Origin: Candidatus Aenigmatarchaeota archaeon
GTDB lineage: Archaea; Aenigmatarchaeota; Aenigmatarchaeia; QMZP01
Reading direction: 5' to 3'
DNA length: 36,102 nt
Assembly: GCA_030666115.1 (NCBI GenBank)
Contig: DAOUYM010000001.1
Span: forward strand, 1 to 36,102
In this document: positions 16,516 to 25,138 of the stretch, piece by piece
Numbering within the stretch: position 1 is the stretch's first letter
Layout: each line of letters begins with the position of its first letter
The notes under the pieces: generated by a model
The model's input: the letters and a program-made list of their open reading frames with translations, nothing else
Database searches by the model: none
What the model was told of the DNA's origin: nothing
Program-made: the position numbers and the translations under genes

Positions 16516-19447
16516 TATCCATTACTTTGATTAATTTCGAGAGTTCGACCTTTCCCTGGGCGATCTCCTTGCTTCCCCCACCCGAACCGCCTGCCTTCTG
16601 GCAAATATCCCTCATCAGCTTTCCCATGTCCCTGGTCCTGCTCATTCCTATTATCTCTCCTACCTCGTTCGAGAGTATCACGGTCAGCTCCGGATTGGAT
16701 TTGACAAGCTCGTTAGCTATCTCTATAAGCTCCTTTCTGTCAGCACTAACAACATCAAACAGCCTTCCCTTCTTAACCTTGGATAGCAGATTCCTGGCCT
16801 TATTTGAAGCCACGTCATTCCTCAGGCTCTCTATCTCCTTTCTCTGCTCCTTCCAGAACTCGAATATTGCCTTGGAAAGATCCTCAAACGTCCTCACTTC
16901 ACCCATTCTTTCTTCGAAGATATCCTTCAGCTCTATCATGCCGTCAGGAATGTTCAGCTGTTTCTTGAGCTTTCTGGTGTGGTCGAAGTCCTCATTTATC
17001 TCCCTGCAGAATCTCTCTATGGTCTTTGGCAGGTGCTTGGATTCTATTGAGAATATGTTGGAGGCCTTCTCCAGTTCCTTGTGGATGTCCATGTCCCTGT
17101 GCATGATGTCTGTTATCTTCTCGAATATCCCCAGCTTCTCAACAACATCAAGCGTCTCTCTTCCTATCCTCTCTCTATTCCTCACGAACTCGTAAGCCTT
17201 GCTTCCGCAGGTGAACTCTATCCTGTTGACACCGTCCTTTATCCTCTCTGACCTTATTATCTTGATTATTTCTGCCTCGCCTGTCTTGTCAATATGGATA
17301 CCACCACAGGCTTCTGCATCAAATCCATGTCCTATGTTAACCACCCTTACCATCTTGCCGGGGGATGCACCACCCTGGTACAGGACAAACCCGTATTTCT
17401 TTTCTGCAATGTTCCTGGGCAGGAACTCCTTGTCAACCAGATAGTTCTTACTTACTGCTTCGTTTGCTGCCCTCTCTATATGATCTATCTCCTCGTCAGT
17501 GAACGCCCTGTAGTGAGTGAGATCGATCCTGGATGAATCAATACCCTTCTGTGCGCCTGCCTGCCAGACATGTGACCCTATCACCTTCCTTGTGGCACCG
17601 GCAACTATGTGGGTACAGGTGTGCATCTGCATTAGCTGATGCCGCCTCTTCCAGTCTATCCTTCCCCTGATACCCTGGTTCTTCTTCAACCCGGTAGGAG
17701 CGACTTTTCCCATCTTGCCTATATTATGGACAATTACATTGCCTATCCTCTGAACATCCTTTACCTTGAACTCCTTACTGTCAACTGTAAGGAACCCTAC
17801 ATCAGTTGGCTGGCCCCCTCCCTCTGGGTAGAAAAGTGTTCTGTCAAGCACCACCCACGTGTCCTGGCCGGACTTGGCAACCTTCAGTATCTTGGCTGTG
17901 AACTCCCTCTTGTAGGGATCATTGTAATAAAGGGCCTTTGTTCTTGGTATTCCTGTCACATCAATCCACACACCCTTCCGTTCGGTTTCCTTCTCACCCG
18001 ACATATGCTGATCGGTTATCTTGACGTAGAAATTCTCTGGAACATTGAATTTCATCTTGTTTTCCTTTGCAACCCTTTCAAACAGCTCAGGGGATATTCC
18101 ATGTGACACATAGAACTTGGTTAGCGCTTTCTCGTCTATTTCACCCCTGTCCAGTTCCCTCTTTATCAGGAGCCCCGCCTTGTCCATGGTCTTATCAAAG
18201 CGCTCATTCTCCAGTGCGAGAACCTTGGAGAGTGGATCTATCCCATTGGTTATTTCAGGGAACATTGGGTGCAGGTGCTTTGCATGAAGGCCCGCAATCT
18301 TCTCTATCTCCAGGTCCAGTTCAAGATCCTTGATGAAAGAGAGCGCTCTCCTTAGGAGGACACGGAGATTGTACCCACCGCCGACATTCGATGGGATACC
18401 GCCATCGGTCACTGCGAACAGCAGGGTCTTGGCGTGATCAACTATCGCGTAAAGGGCCTGCATTGGCTCAACCACCTCGTTTAGAACCGATACTTTGACT
18501 CCTATTTTTCTTGCTATGCCCTCTCTGACCTTCTTCACGTCCTGGGTTTCGTCTATATCAAGCCCACCCGACAGGGCAGCATACCTTTCAAAGAGATCGG
18601 ATCCCTTTAGTCCTATCCTGCTCTTTGCCCACTTAACAACAGGACCGAAAACAGCATCATAGCCAGTTGGTGTTCCCTGCGTGAACCACACCAACCTCTC
18701 GTGACCCCAGCCAACATCAACCACTTTTTTGGGAAGCTCTTTCCTGGCATTTCCTGCCTTGGTGTACTGCATGAAGACCGAGTTGACCAGTTCCAGTCCC
18801 TTGGAATACGTCTCAATGCAGGGACCGAATGCTGAGAAATCAGGCATTGTCCACACGTCCTCAACATAAACTATCTCCTTCTCTGGGATTCCCATGACCT
18901 TATTAAGGAAACCGAAGTTCAGTTCTATGCAGCGGTCCTTCCAGTACTTGCCAAAGGAGTGCTGCCCGGACATGATGAAGGATGTGTGGTGACGGCCTGT
19001 CACTCCTACATTGGGTATGTCATTGAACCTCATGCACATCTGCGGCACAACCAGCGGGTCAGCCGGGTACTCGAAAACGATGTTGCCCCGGTCTATCCTC
19101 TGGAAGTCCTGGATCGAGGCAATGGTGAAGAATAGGTCCGGACGCCATCTGTCTATGACGGGGTATCTGGGAATCGAGGTGTGGCCCTCCTTTTTGAAGA
19201 AGCGCTCGAACTGCCTCCAGGTCTCGATGTAATCCCACCTTGATCTGGTTATCGGCTTTCCAATGAATCCGTAACTCTCACATGAGGAGTCAGGGCAGTT
19301 CTTCCTCTTCTCGTCAAGTGTCCAGAAGTGCTTCCCGCAGCTGTGGCAGGTCTTTCTATTGAAACCCATGTCTTTGAAGATCTTGATCTGATAGTGCTTC
19401 TTCCAGTTCTTTGCAAATTCCTTCTTTAAAGAATCTTTTGTTAACAT
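16508..19447 (-). CDS. alaS: Alanyl-tRNA synthetase (archaeal type)
   Basis: 979 aa. The N-terminus reads NRKTCHSCGKHFWT...CPDSSC. Editing-domain motifs are HTCTHIV and CGGIH. The C-terminal DHHA1-like region is GGSGGGSKEIAQGK. SD-like GGTGGAGGA precedes the ATG. Confidence 0.95.
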   Translation of the reverse strand: MLTKDSLKKEFAKNWKKHYQIKIFKDMGFNRKTCHSCGKHFWTLDEKRKNCPDSSCESYGFIGKPITRSRWDYIETWRQFERFFKKEGHTSIPRYPVIDRWRPDLFFTIASIQDFQRIDRGNIVFEYPADPLVVPQMCMRFNDIPNVGVTGRHHTSFIMSGQHSFGKYWKDRCIELNFGFLNKVMGIPEKEIVYVEDVWTMPDFSAFGPCIETYSKGLELVNSVFMQYTKAGNARKELPKKVVDVGWGHERLVWFTQGTPTGYDAVFGPVVKWAKSRIGLKGSDLFERYAALSGGLDIDETQDVKKVREGIARKIGVKVSVLNEVVEPMQALYAIVDHAKTLLFAVTDGGIPSNVGGGYNLRVLLRRALSFIKDLELDLEIEKIAGLHAKHLHPMFPEITNGIDPLSKVLALENERFDKTMDKAGLLIKRELDRGEIDEKALTKFYVSHGISPELFERVAKENKMKFNVPENFYVKITDQHMSGEKETERKGVWIDVTGIPRTKALYYNDPYKREFTAKILKVAKSGQDTWVVLDRTLFYPEGGGQPTDVGFLTVDSKEFKVKDVQRIGNVIVHNIGKMGKVAPTGLKKNQGIRGRIDWKRRHQLMQMHTCTHIVAGATRKVIGSHVWQAGAQKGIDSSRIDLTHYRAFTDEEIDHIERAANEAVSKNYLVDKEFLPRNIAEKKYGFVLYQGGASPGKMVRVVNIGHGFDAEACGGIHIDKTGEAEIIKIIRSERIKDGVNRIEFTCGSKAYEFVRNRERIGRETLDVVEKLGIFEKITDIMHRDMDIHKELEKASNIFSIESKHLPKTIERFCREINEDFDHTRKLKKQLNIPDGMIELKDIFEERMGEVRTFEDLSKAIFEFWKEQRKEIESLRNDVASNKARNLLSKVKKGRLFDVVSADRKELIEIANELVKSNPELTVILSNEVGEIIGMSRTRDMGKLMRDICQKAGGSGGGSKEIAQGKVELSKLIKVMDSV

Positions 19448-19501
19448 TCCTCCACCTGTTATTTTTGGGGCTGTATTATTTTGGGATTATATTACCAGTT
19501 A

Positions 19502-19511
19502 TTAATATAAT
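19502..19511 (+). promoter_or_regulatory. Candidate TATA box for the 19531 operon
   Basis: TTAATATAAT is centred about 25 nt upstream of ATG 19531. Confidence 0.35.
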
Positions 19512-19530
19512 GGTTTAACAATATTATAAT

Positions 19531-21396
19531 ATGAGGGCTCAGGCTAGCTTTATATTGATAATCGCTCTTCTATTCCTAATCGCAGTAGTAATATACTATG
19601 CTTCTCAGTTTCTGGACATCAGTCCTGTTCCATCTGGTGTGGGAGAGGAGCATAAGATGGTCCAGGAGATGGTTGAGGGGATAATAACAAGCAGTACAGA
19701 GCTATCCTTGTTGGCAATGTCTGCCCAGGGCGGGTATCTGATCCCGCCAGACGAGAGCGTCGCCCTGACCTATATAGGAGTTCCATACTGGCAGATATGT
19801 CAGAACGATATCTCACCAACAACTGAAGAGATAAAGGAGAGGTTCAGGGAGGCGATAACTTACTACGTAAACAGCCGCACTGATGACATTGAGGAATTCT
19901 TCGGGAAGAATCTAACGCTGGAGGATGTCTCCAGAGTTGACGTGAACCTGCTTGACAACAAGATAGACATTGCTGTTTACATGCCCACCAAGTTACAAGG
20001 CTACCCGATAAGGCAGCCGTACAGGATCTCGGTCCCGACCAAGTTCAAGCAGCTGTTTGACTTCGCCAAAGACGTCATCATTGAGACCAACAAGCCATCG
20101 TCACAGGGAGGCAGGTTCTTCGAAGGCTTCACCACCACATCCATATACAGCTCCAAGTATCTACCGACCTTCGGGATGCTGACCGAGTGTGGAGAGACTC
20201 TTCACCTCACACCAGAAGACGTGTCAGCTGGAATGACCGGACTGGCTATCCACACAGTGATCGCCACCAGATGGTGGGAGGAGAGGAATGAATACGATTA
20301 TTACGGGATAAACACTGTCAACGGGAAGCAGTACAAGAACCTGGAGCCCAGGATACTGTTGCCTGACGGATTCAGGGTCGAATCAGACACCAACATACAC
20401 ATAGCCAATTCAGGATGGATAGCCGTATTCCCGGTACCCATACCGTTCTGCATGAGTGCTTACGATATTGAGTATTCGTTTGGATACCCAATCGTTATTA
20501 AGGTTAATGACTCTGAGACAGGATATGAATTCAACTTCGCAATGTATGTCAATATTGAGGACATGGAGGCAGGTGACTGTGAGGTTTCAGCCATAGTACC
20601 AACTGATCCCACAGATGGCCCATGCTCAAATCTCGAGTGCAGCGCAAGGATAAAGATCGAGGACTGTAGCGGGAAACCATTATCAGGAGCCAAGGCTTAC
20701 TTCGACAGCTGCACTGTCGGGACAAGTGATTCCAGTGGCTGGATAGAAGGGAACATAAAGTGCGGCACTCATAATCTTGAGATATACCACGACGGTAATC
20801 ATCAGACCTACTCAGGAACTGTTTCCTCAAGCAACCTCAATGGTGCCACCTACAAGCTGTGTGGAATGACTGACATGACAGTCCACTTCAACGAGCTGGT
20901 AATAAAGGGGCATTATGGAACCGAGTCTTGTTATCCATGCACCAACCCGAGTGACTGTACAGAACCTGTGGATAGATACACATGTGAGACCCCGGCAACA
21001 GTGAACTGCACCATGGTAACTCTTACATCAACTCAGACAGGTGAACCTTACACTATAGATAACTTTAATTATAAAAACATTCCAGAAGGATGCAACGACC
21101 CGGACTATTTCAAATCACATCCAGAGTGCTTCGCCTGCACGCTCAGGGAGAACAGTATCGGCTACATTCCTGCAGGCAACTACGACGTGACTGTGAACCT
21201 CTGGGATCCGGAAACACCTGGCCGTGAAACAGGCCACATAGACACTAACTTTGATCTGCTCGAGGGGACCACTCACCTGTACATAAACATACCGAACTTT
21301 GGGAAACCATCATCTGGTGAGGCTTCATATGCACAGATTCGGTGTGGCATAAGCAAGCTGGCAGAATGTGGTAAGGAGCCGGTGACGCAGACATGA
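19531..21396 (+). CDS. Large exported Cys-rich protein with a very short basic leader and a hydrophobic N-terminal helix (possible class III/prepilin-like signal or signal anchor)
   Basis: Begins MRAQASFILIIALLFLIAVVIYYA. A segment at about 20630-20850 (ARIKIEDCSGKPLSGAKAYFDSCTVGTSDSSGWIEGNIKCGTHNLEIYHDG) resembles a carboxypeptidase-regulatory-like beta-sandwich. The C-terminal third has many Cys. ATGA overlap with the next gene. Confidence 0.75.
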   Translation: MRAQASFILIIALLFLIAVVIYYASQFLDISPVPSGVGEEHKMVQEMVEGIITSSTELSLLAMSAQGGYLIPPDESVALTYIGVPYWQICQNDISPTTEEIKERFREAITYYVNSRTDDIEEFFGKNLTLEDVSRVDVNLLDNKIDIAVYMPTKLQGYPIRQPYRISVPTKFKQLFDFAKDVIIETNKPSSQGGRFFEGFTTTSIYSSKYLPTFGMLTECGETLHLTPEDVSAGMTGLAIHTVIATRWWEERNEYDYYGINTVNGKQYKNLEPRILLPDGFRVESDTNIHIANSGWIAVFPVPIPFCMSAYDIEYSFGYPIVIKVNDSETGYEFNFAMYVNIEDMEAGDCEVSAIVPTDPTDGPCSNLECSARIKIEDCSGKPLSGAKAYFDSCTVGTSDSSGWIEGNIKCGTHNLEIYHDGNHQTYSGTVSSSNLNGATYKLCGMTDMTVHFNELVIKGHYGTESCYPCTNPSDCTEPVDRYTCETPATVNCTMVTLTSTQTGEPYTIDNFNYKNIPEGCNDPDYFKSHPECFACTLRENSIGYIPAGNYDVTVNLWDPETPGRETGHIDTNFDLLEGTTHLYINIPNFGKPSSGEASYAQIRCGISKLAECGKEPVTQT

Positions 21397-24300
21397 ACTA
21401 CAAGAACGTGCTGGTAGGGATATTCGCGATCTTGGCATCTGCACTTATACTGAATCTTCCGCTGGTGGGTGCAGTACAGATAAATATAATGCGACCGAGC
21501 GGGTCCAACTGGGTCAAGCATGATGAAGTTACAATCAACCCAGAGAACCTCATAAGCAGGAGCGTGTCCATCGAGAATATCGGGGGAGTGTTCTGGACCA
21601 ATGCCAAGATTATCATAGACATCAGTAACAGCACCACCTCAGCTGACATAGAGATGGCCTATGTATATGCATGCAAGGGCAGTGATCCTTCGTCATGCAT
21701 GGATACAGAGTCCCCTGATAAGTATGACATCATGGATAATGAACTGTCTGTTGAACTGCTGTGGAATGATATCAGGGATGTGACTACATCCTGCTCATCC
21801 AGCCCCAGTTCCTGCATGGAAACCTCCAACCTTTTCCTTTTGTTCAAGGTCAACGACAATGGAAAGACTGTCTGGGTGGGGATATGGAACAAGATGGAAA
21901 GAAGGACTTACGACTTCGCTGAACCATATCTCTACGAATACGGCCTGGACGAGATGGATCTTAGGACAGAAACCAGCTTTCTGAACCTGGTTGGCGACTT
22001 CATTGGGAACTACCTCAAGATACCATTCAACCCGGTCTGGGTATCTGGCGCAGTCTTCAGCGGGGCCAGTTCCCTGTTTGAACTCAGTGTTTCTTCATCA
22101 GAACTCGGCCAATCATCTCCGAACTTCCAGGTAGCGAATTACATGGGGAACGAAATAGAAAGCATCTCAGATGATTACTCGTTCATATTCACTGAAACCA
22201 GTTACGGAATAACCAATCCTGTAACACTTAACCTGAACCCGAGTTTCACATGTGGTTCGTATGGCTGCGAATCAGAGAAGGGCGAGTCCACCACAACATG
22301 CTGCTATGACTGTGGGTGTGCTGAGGACTATTACTGCGATGGGGGTATAGAGGGGACATGTAAGAGGGATGACCTTATCTCCATTGTCATTTACGGAACA
22401 CCTGATACGAGTATAGAGAACTGCAATGAACAGCACACTGTAAACATTACTGTTGAGATAGACAGGGCACCATCAGATGCCAGTATTACAGCGAGCAGTT
22501 ACATACTGGAGGGGGATTCGTCATCGGTAAGCTGCCAGGAAATATATTCGAATGTCTACCTCTGCCCTGTTATTGTTCCGCCGATGTCTGACTGCGAAAG
22601 TGGTGAATACATTATAGGGCCCAACTACATAGAGTTCACGATAAGCTACAGTGACGGACCCGGATCCAAGACCAAGGAACTGTCTGTGCAGTTCCCTGAT
22701 ATAGCGGTTGGTTCCTTCACCTGTGGTGAGAATGGATGCGAAACCAGCTTGGGTGAGAACCAGCAGAACTGTTGCTATGATTGCGGGTGTTCGAGTGGAT
22801 ACTGTGACATAGAGGATGGCGCAGCCCCAACCACCAGCCAGTGCAAGGAACACCCGGGCGAGAGCACCATACAGGTAAAGGCAGACCCGACTCATATTTA
22901 CAACCATGTTTCTGGTGACAGGATAGAACTTAATGTTAAGATAGAGGATGCCCCAAGGAGTCTTACCATTACAAGCGATTCCTGTGAAATGGACTGTTAC
23001 TACAACTGCACTGCTAGCTGTGATGTTTCATGTTCCGAGATTGCTTCATCTGATCCTGATGCATTCAACGCGAGCTGTATGCTCACTTTCACTATAGCCA
23101 ATTATGATTCATTGACTGATTATACAATATACCCAACCCTGAATTTGTCCGTAACCTACAATGACGGACCATCTGAAACCGTTAGCAAGACCCTTAGTAA
23201 GACCTTCAGCACAATATCGGTGGGTGCGAGCTGGTGTGGTGATGGAATATGCACGCCCGGCGAAAACTCAAACAACTGCTGTTACGATTGTGCGTGTCCC
23301 GAGGGATACTATTGCGACACAGCTGACATAGGCGCGCCAACACAGGGAGATAAGTGTGAGGAAGAAGTGAACATGAAACTGGTAGCCTCATTCGAGACAT
23401 TTGAGGTAGACTATCCGTACGAGTCTCATGATATCAGGGTCATTGTACAGGTCAACAACGCACCAAGCAGCATGACCGGTGAGATGTATTGTGGTTTCGG
23501 GAATACGGATGATTACTGCGCAATGTCATGCGAGAAGGTGGGTAGTGATGATTCCCATGTACTCGACTGCAATCTGACCACACCAATAATAGACTACAAA
23601 ACATCCGAACTATACGACCCGATTGCCAGGAGAATAGTGCTCGGTCCGGGTGCCATGACCTATTCTGCCACCTACAATGATGGTTCGGGCTGGGCGACCA
23701 TGGACCTGAACACTACTTTTGATAACATAACCATAAACGTCAAGGCCAAATGCGGTGCAGGACCAGGATACTTCGGTATGGAGGGGGAGCACTGCCTGCC
23801 CTACGACACAACACTTGCATGCGAAACCGACCTTGATGAATCGTACTCAACATGCTGCTGCGATTGCCCGTGCCCGGAAAGTAAGTTCTGTTACATTTCC
23901 AGCGATACGGATGACGGCACATGCAGGTCAGTCAACAGCGTTAACATACTCATAAACAAGTTCGAGCCGGATCCCAAGAAATGCAGGATACAGCCACCCG
24001 ACAAGAAAGGATGTGTATTCTACGACTCCCTGTCTGCGACCATTACCATAACACCCACTGCCGACTATATCCTAACAACTGCGAGTTTTAAAATGGGAGC
24101 AGAGACATCTGATGCAATCTGCATCCTTATATCTGAAACCTCGCCATTTAACGTGTACAGCTGTTCAGCAGTACTACCAAACATCAAAAGTAAAACTATT
24201 ATACAGGACAGCATGGTAAAAAAGAAAATCGAAATATCTGCATCCGTGCAATCACTGGGACTTCTTGATGCAACCATATCCGGCAGCAAAACCCTCCAGA

Positions 24301-24791
24301 TAAAGAAAGAGAAATCAAAGGAGCTAAAAACCATCGAGGAGCAGATCCAGGATATTGAGGACATAGAGGATAGCATCAAGAGTCTAAGGACCTGGTTATA
24401 TGGCATTGGGATCGTACTGGTCCTCACTTGCATTGCAATTGCCATATGGGTACAGAACCTGTTAGGGAAATGCATAGCCTTTGATATCTGTATATTTATC
24501 GATTTCATAGGAATGCTCACAAAGATAGACAAGGCACTTGACCTGATAAAGGGCTATAAGAAGACCCTTAGCACGGCCAGCCTGCCCATTGAAATAAACA
24601 AAGAACTAATAGACATAAAATACACATTTCTTGAGATAATGGGAACTATAGGCAAGGGAGCGGTTTGTGCTTTCATGTTCGGCAAGAGTATAGACAGTGC
24701 ATTAGGCACATCAGCATCAAAGGGCATAACAGTTACTGACAAAAAAGCCTATACTGATCATTTTTTCTCCTGGTTTATTATTGATTGGTAA
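21393..24791 (+). CDS. 1132-aa exported, C-terminally membrane-anchored protein with four Cys-rich modules alternating with beta-sandwich-like spacers
   Basis: Sec-type signal MNYKNVLVGIFAILASALILNLPLVGA.
The four modules:
- about 22254-22368: CGSYGCESEKGESTTTCCYDCGCAEDYYCD
- about 22716-22850: CGENGCETSLGENQQNCCYDCGCSSGYCD
- about 23231-23362: CGDGICTPGENSNNCCYDCACPEGYYCD
- about 23751-23930: CETDLDESYSTCCCDCPCPESKFCY
A coiled segment follows, then the TM helix LYGIGIVLVLTCIAIAIWV at about 24397-24465. Confidence 0.8.
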   Translation: MNYKNVLVGIFAILASALILNLPLVGAVQINIMRPSGSNWVKHDEVTINPENLISRSVSIENIGGVFWTNAKIIIDISNSTTSADIEMAYVYACKGSDPSSCMDTESPDKYDIMDNELSVELLWNDIRDVTTSCSSSPSSCMETSNLFLLFKVNDNGKTVWVGIWNKMERRTYDFAEPYLYEYGLDEMDLRTETSFLNLVGDFIGNYLKIPFNPVWVSGAVFSGASSLFELSVSSSELGQSSPNFQVANYMGNEIESISDDYSFIFTETSYGITNPVTLNLNPSFTCGSYGCESEKGESTTTCCYDCGCAEDYYCDGGIEGTCKRDDLISIVIYGTPDTSIENCNEQHTVNITVEIDRAPSDASITASSYILEGDSSSVSCQEIYSNVYLCPVIVPPMSDCESGEYIIGPNYIEFTISYSDGPGSKTKELSVQFPDIAVGSFTCGENGCETSLGENQQNCCYDCGCSSGYCDIEDGAAPTTSQCKEHPGESTIQVKADPTHIYNHVSGDRIELNVKIEDAPRSLTITSDSCEMDCYYNCTASCDVSCSEIASSDPDAFNASCMLTFTIANYDSLTDYTIYPTLNLSVTYNDGPSETVSKTLSKTFSTISVGASWCGDGICTPGENSNNCCYDCACPEGYYCDTADIGAPTQGDKCEEEVNMKLVASFETFEVDYPYESHDIRVIVQVNNAPSSMTGEMYCGFGNTDDYCAMSCEKVGSDDSHVLDCNLTTPIIDYKTSELYDPIARRIVLGPGAMTYSATYNDGSGWATMDLNTTFDNITINVKAKCGAGPGYFGMEGEHCLPYDTTLACETDLDESYSTCCCDCPCPESKFCYISSDTDDGTCRSVNSVNILINKFEPDPKKCRIQPPDKKGCVFYDSLSATITITPTADYILTTASFKMGAETSDAICILISETSPFNVYSCSAVLPNIKSKTIIQDSMVKKKIEISASVQSLGLLDATISGSKTLQIKKEKSKELKTIEEQIQDIEDIEDSIKSLRTWLYGIGIVLVLTCIAIAIWVQNLLGKCIAFDICIFIDFIGMLTKIDKALDLIKGYKKTLSTASLPIEINKELIDIKYTFLEIMGTIGKGAVCAFMFGKSIDSALGTSASKGITVTDKKAYTDHFFSWFIIDW

Positions 24792-24807
24792 TGTCTTAAT
24801 GGTATTA

Positions 24808-24828
24808 CTGGTTGGTTTAACCAAACAG
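24808..24828. repeat. Imperfect 21-nt palindrome at a convergent gene junction
   Basis: CTGGTTGGTT-T-AACCAAACAG, with 9 of 10 arm positions complementary. It overlaps the P1 stop (24817-24819) and starts 17 nt after the 1132-aa gene stop. Confidence 0.8.
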
Positions 24829-25122
24829 ACTTGATAATCCCTCTGCTGCTTCTTCTGCCTTCTTCTCTGGCTTTTCTTCCTTCTTCTCTTCTTTCTTCTG
24901 CTCTGCTGCTTCTGCAGGTCCTGCTGCTGGTGCTGCCGCGGCTGCCATGACTGTCTGCTTTATTGCATCTTCTATGTCAACTCCGTCCAGGCTTGCCACC
25001 AGGGCCTTGACCCTAGCCACGTCTGGCTTTGCGCCGGCTGCATCGAGCACTTTCTTTATTCCTGCCTCGTCGATCTTCTTTCCTGCTGAGTGCAAGAGCA
25101 GTGCTGCGTATACTCCTTCCAT
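24817..25122 (-). CDS. rpl12: Ribosomal stalk protein P1 (L12e)
   Basis: [26 protein letters not shown]..., an Ala/Pro hinge, and a charged tail ending [21 protein letters not shown] lies 7 nt upstream of the ATG. Confidence 0.95.
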   Translation of the reverse strand: MEGVYAALLLHSAGKKIDEAGIKKVLDAAGAKPDVARVKALVASLDGVDIEDAIKQTVMAAAAAPAAGPAEAAEQKKEEKKEEKPEKKAEEAAEGLSSLFG

Positions 25123-25138
25123 TTAAACACCTCCATAA

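Noticed and set aside
16527-19232. Multiple plus-strand ORFs (up to 222 aa) inside alaS
   Set aside because: They are antisense to a 979-aa gene carrying unambiguous AlaRS catalytic, editing and DHHA1 motifs.
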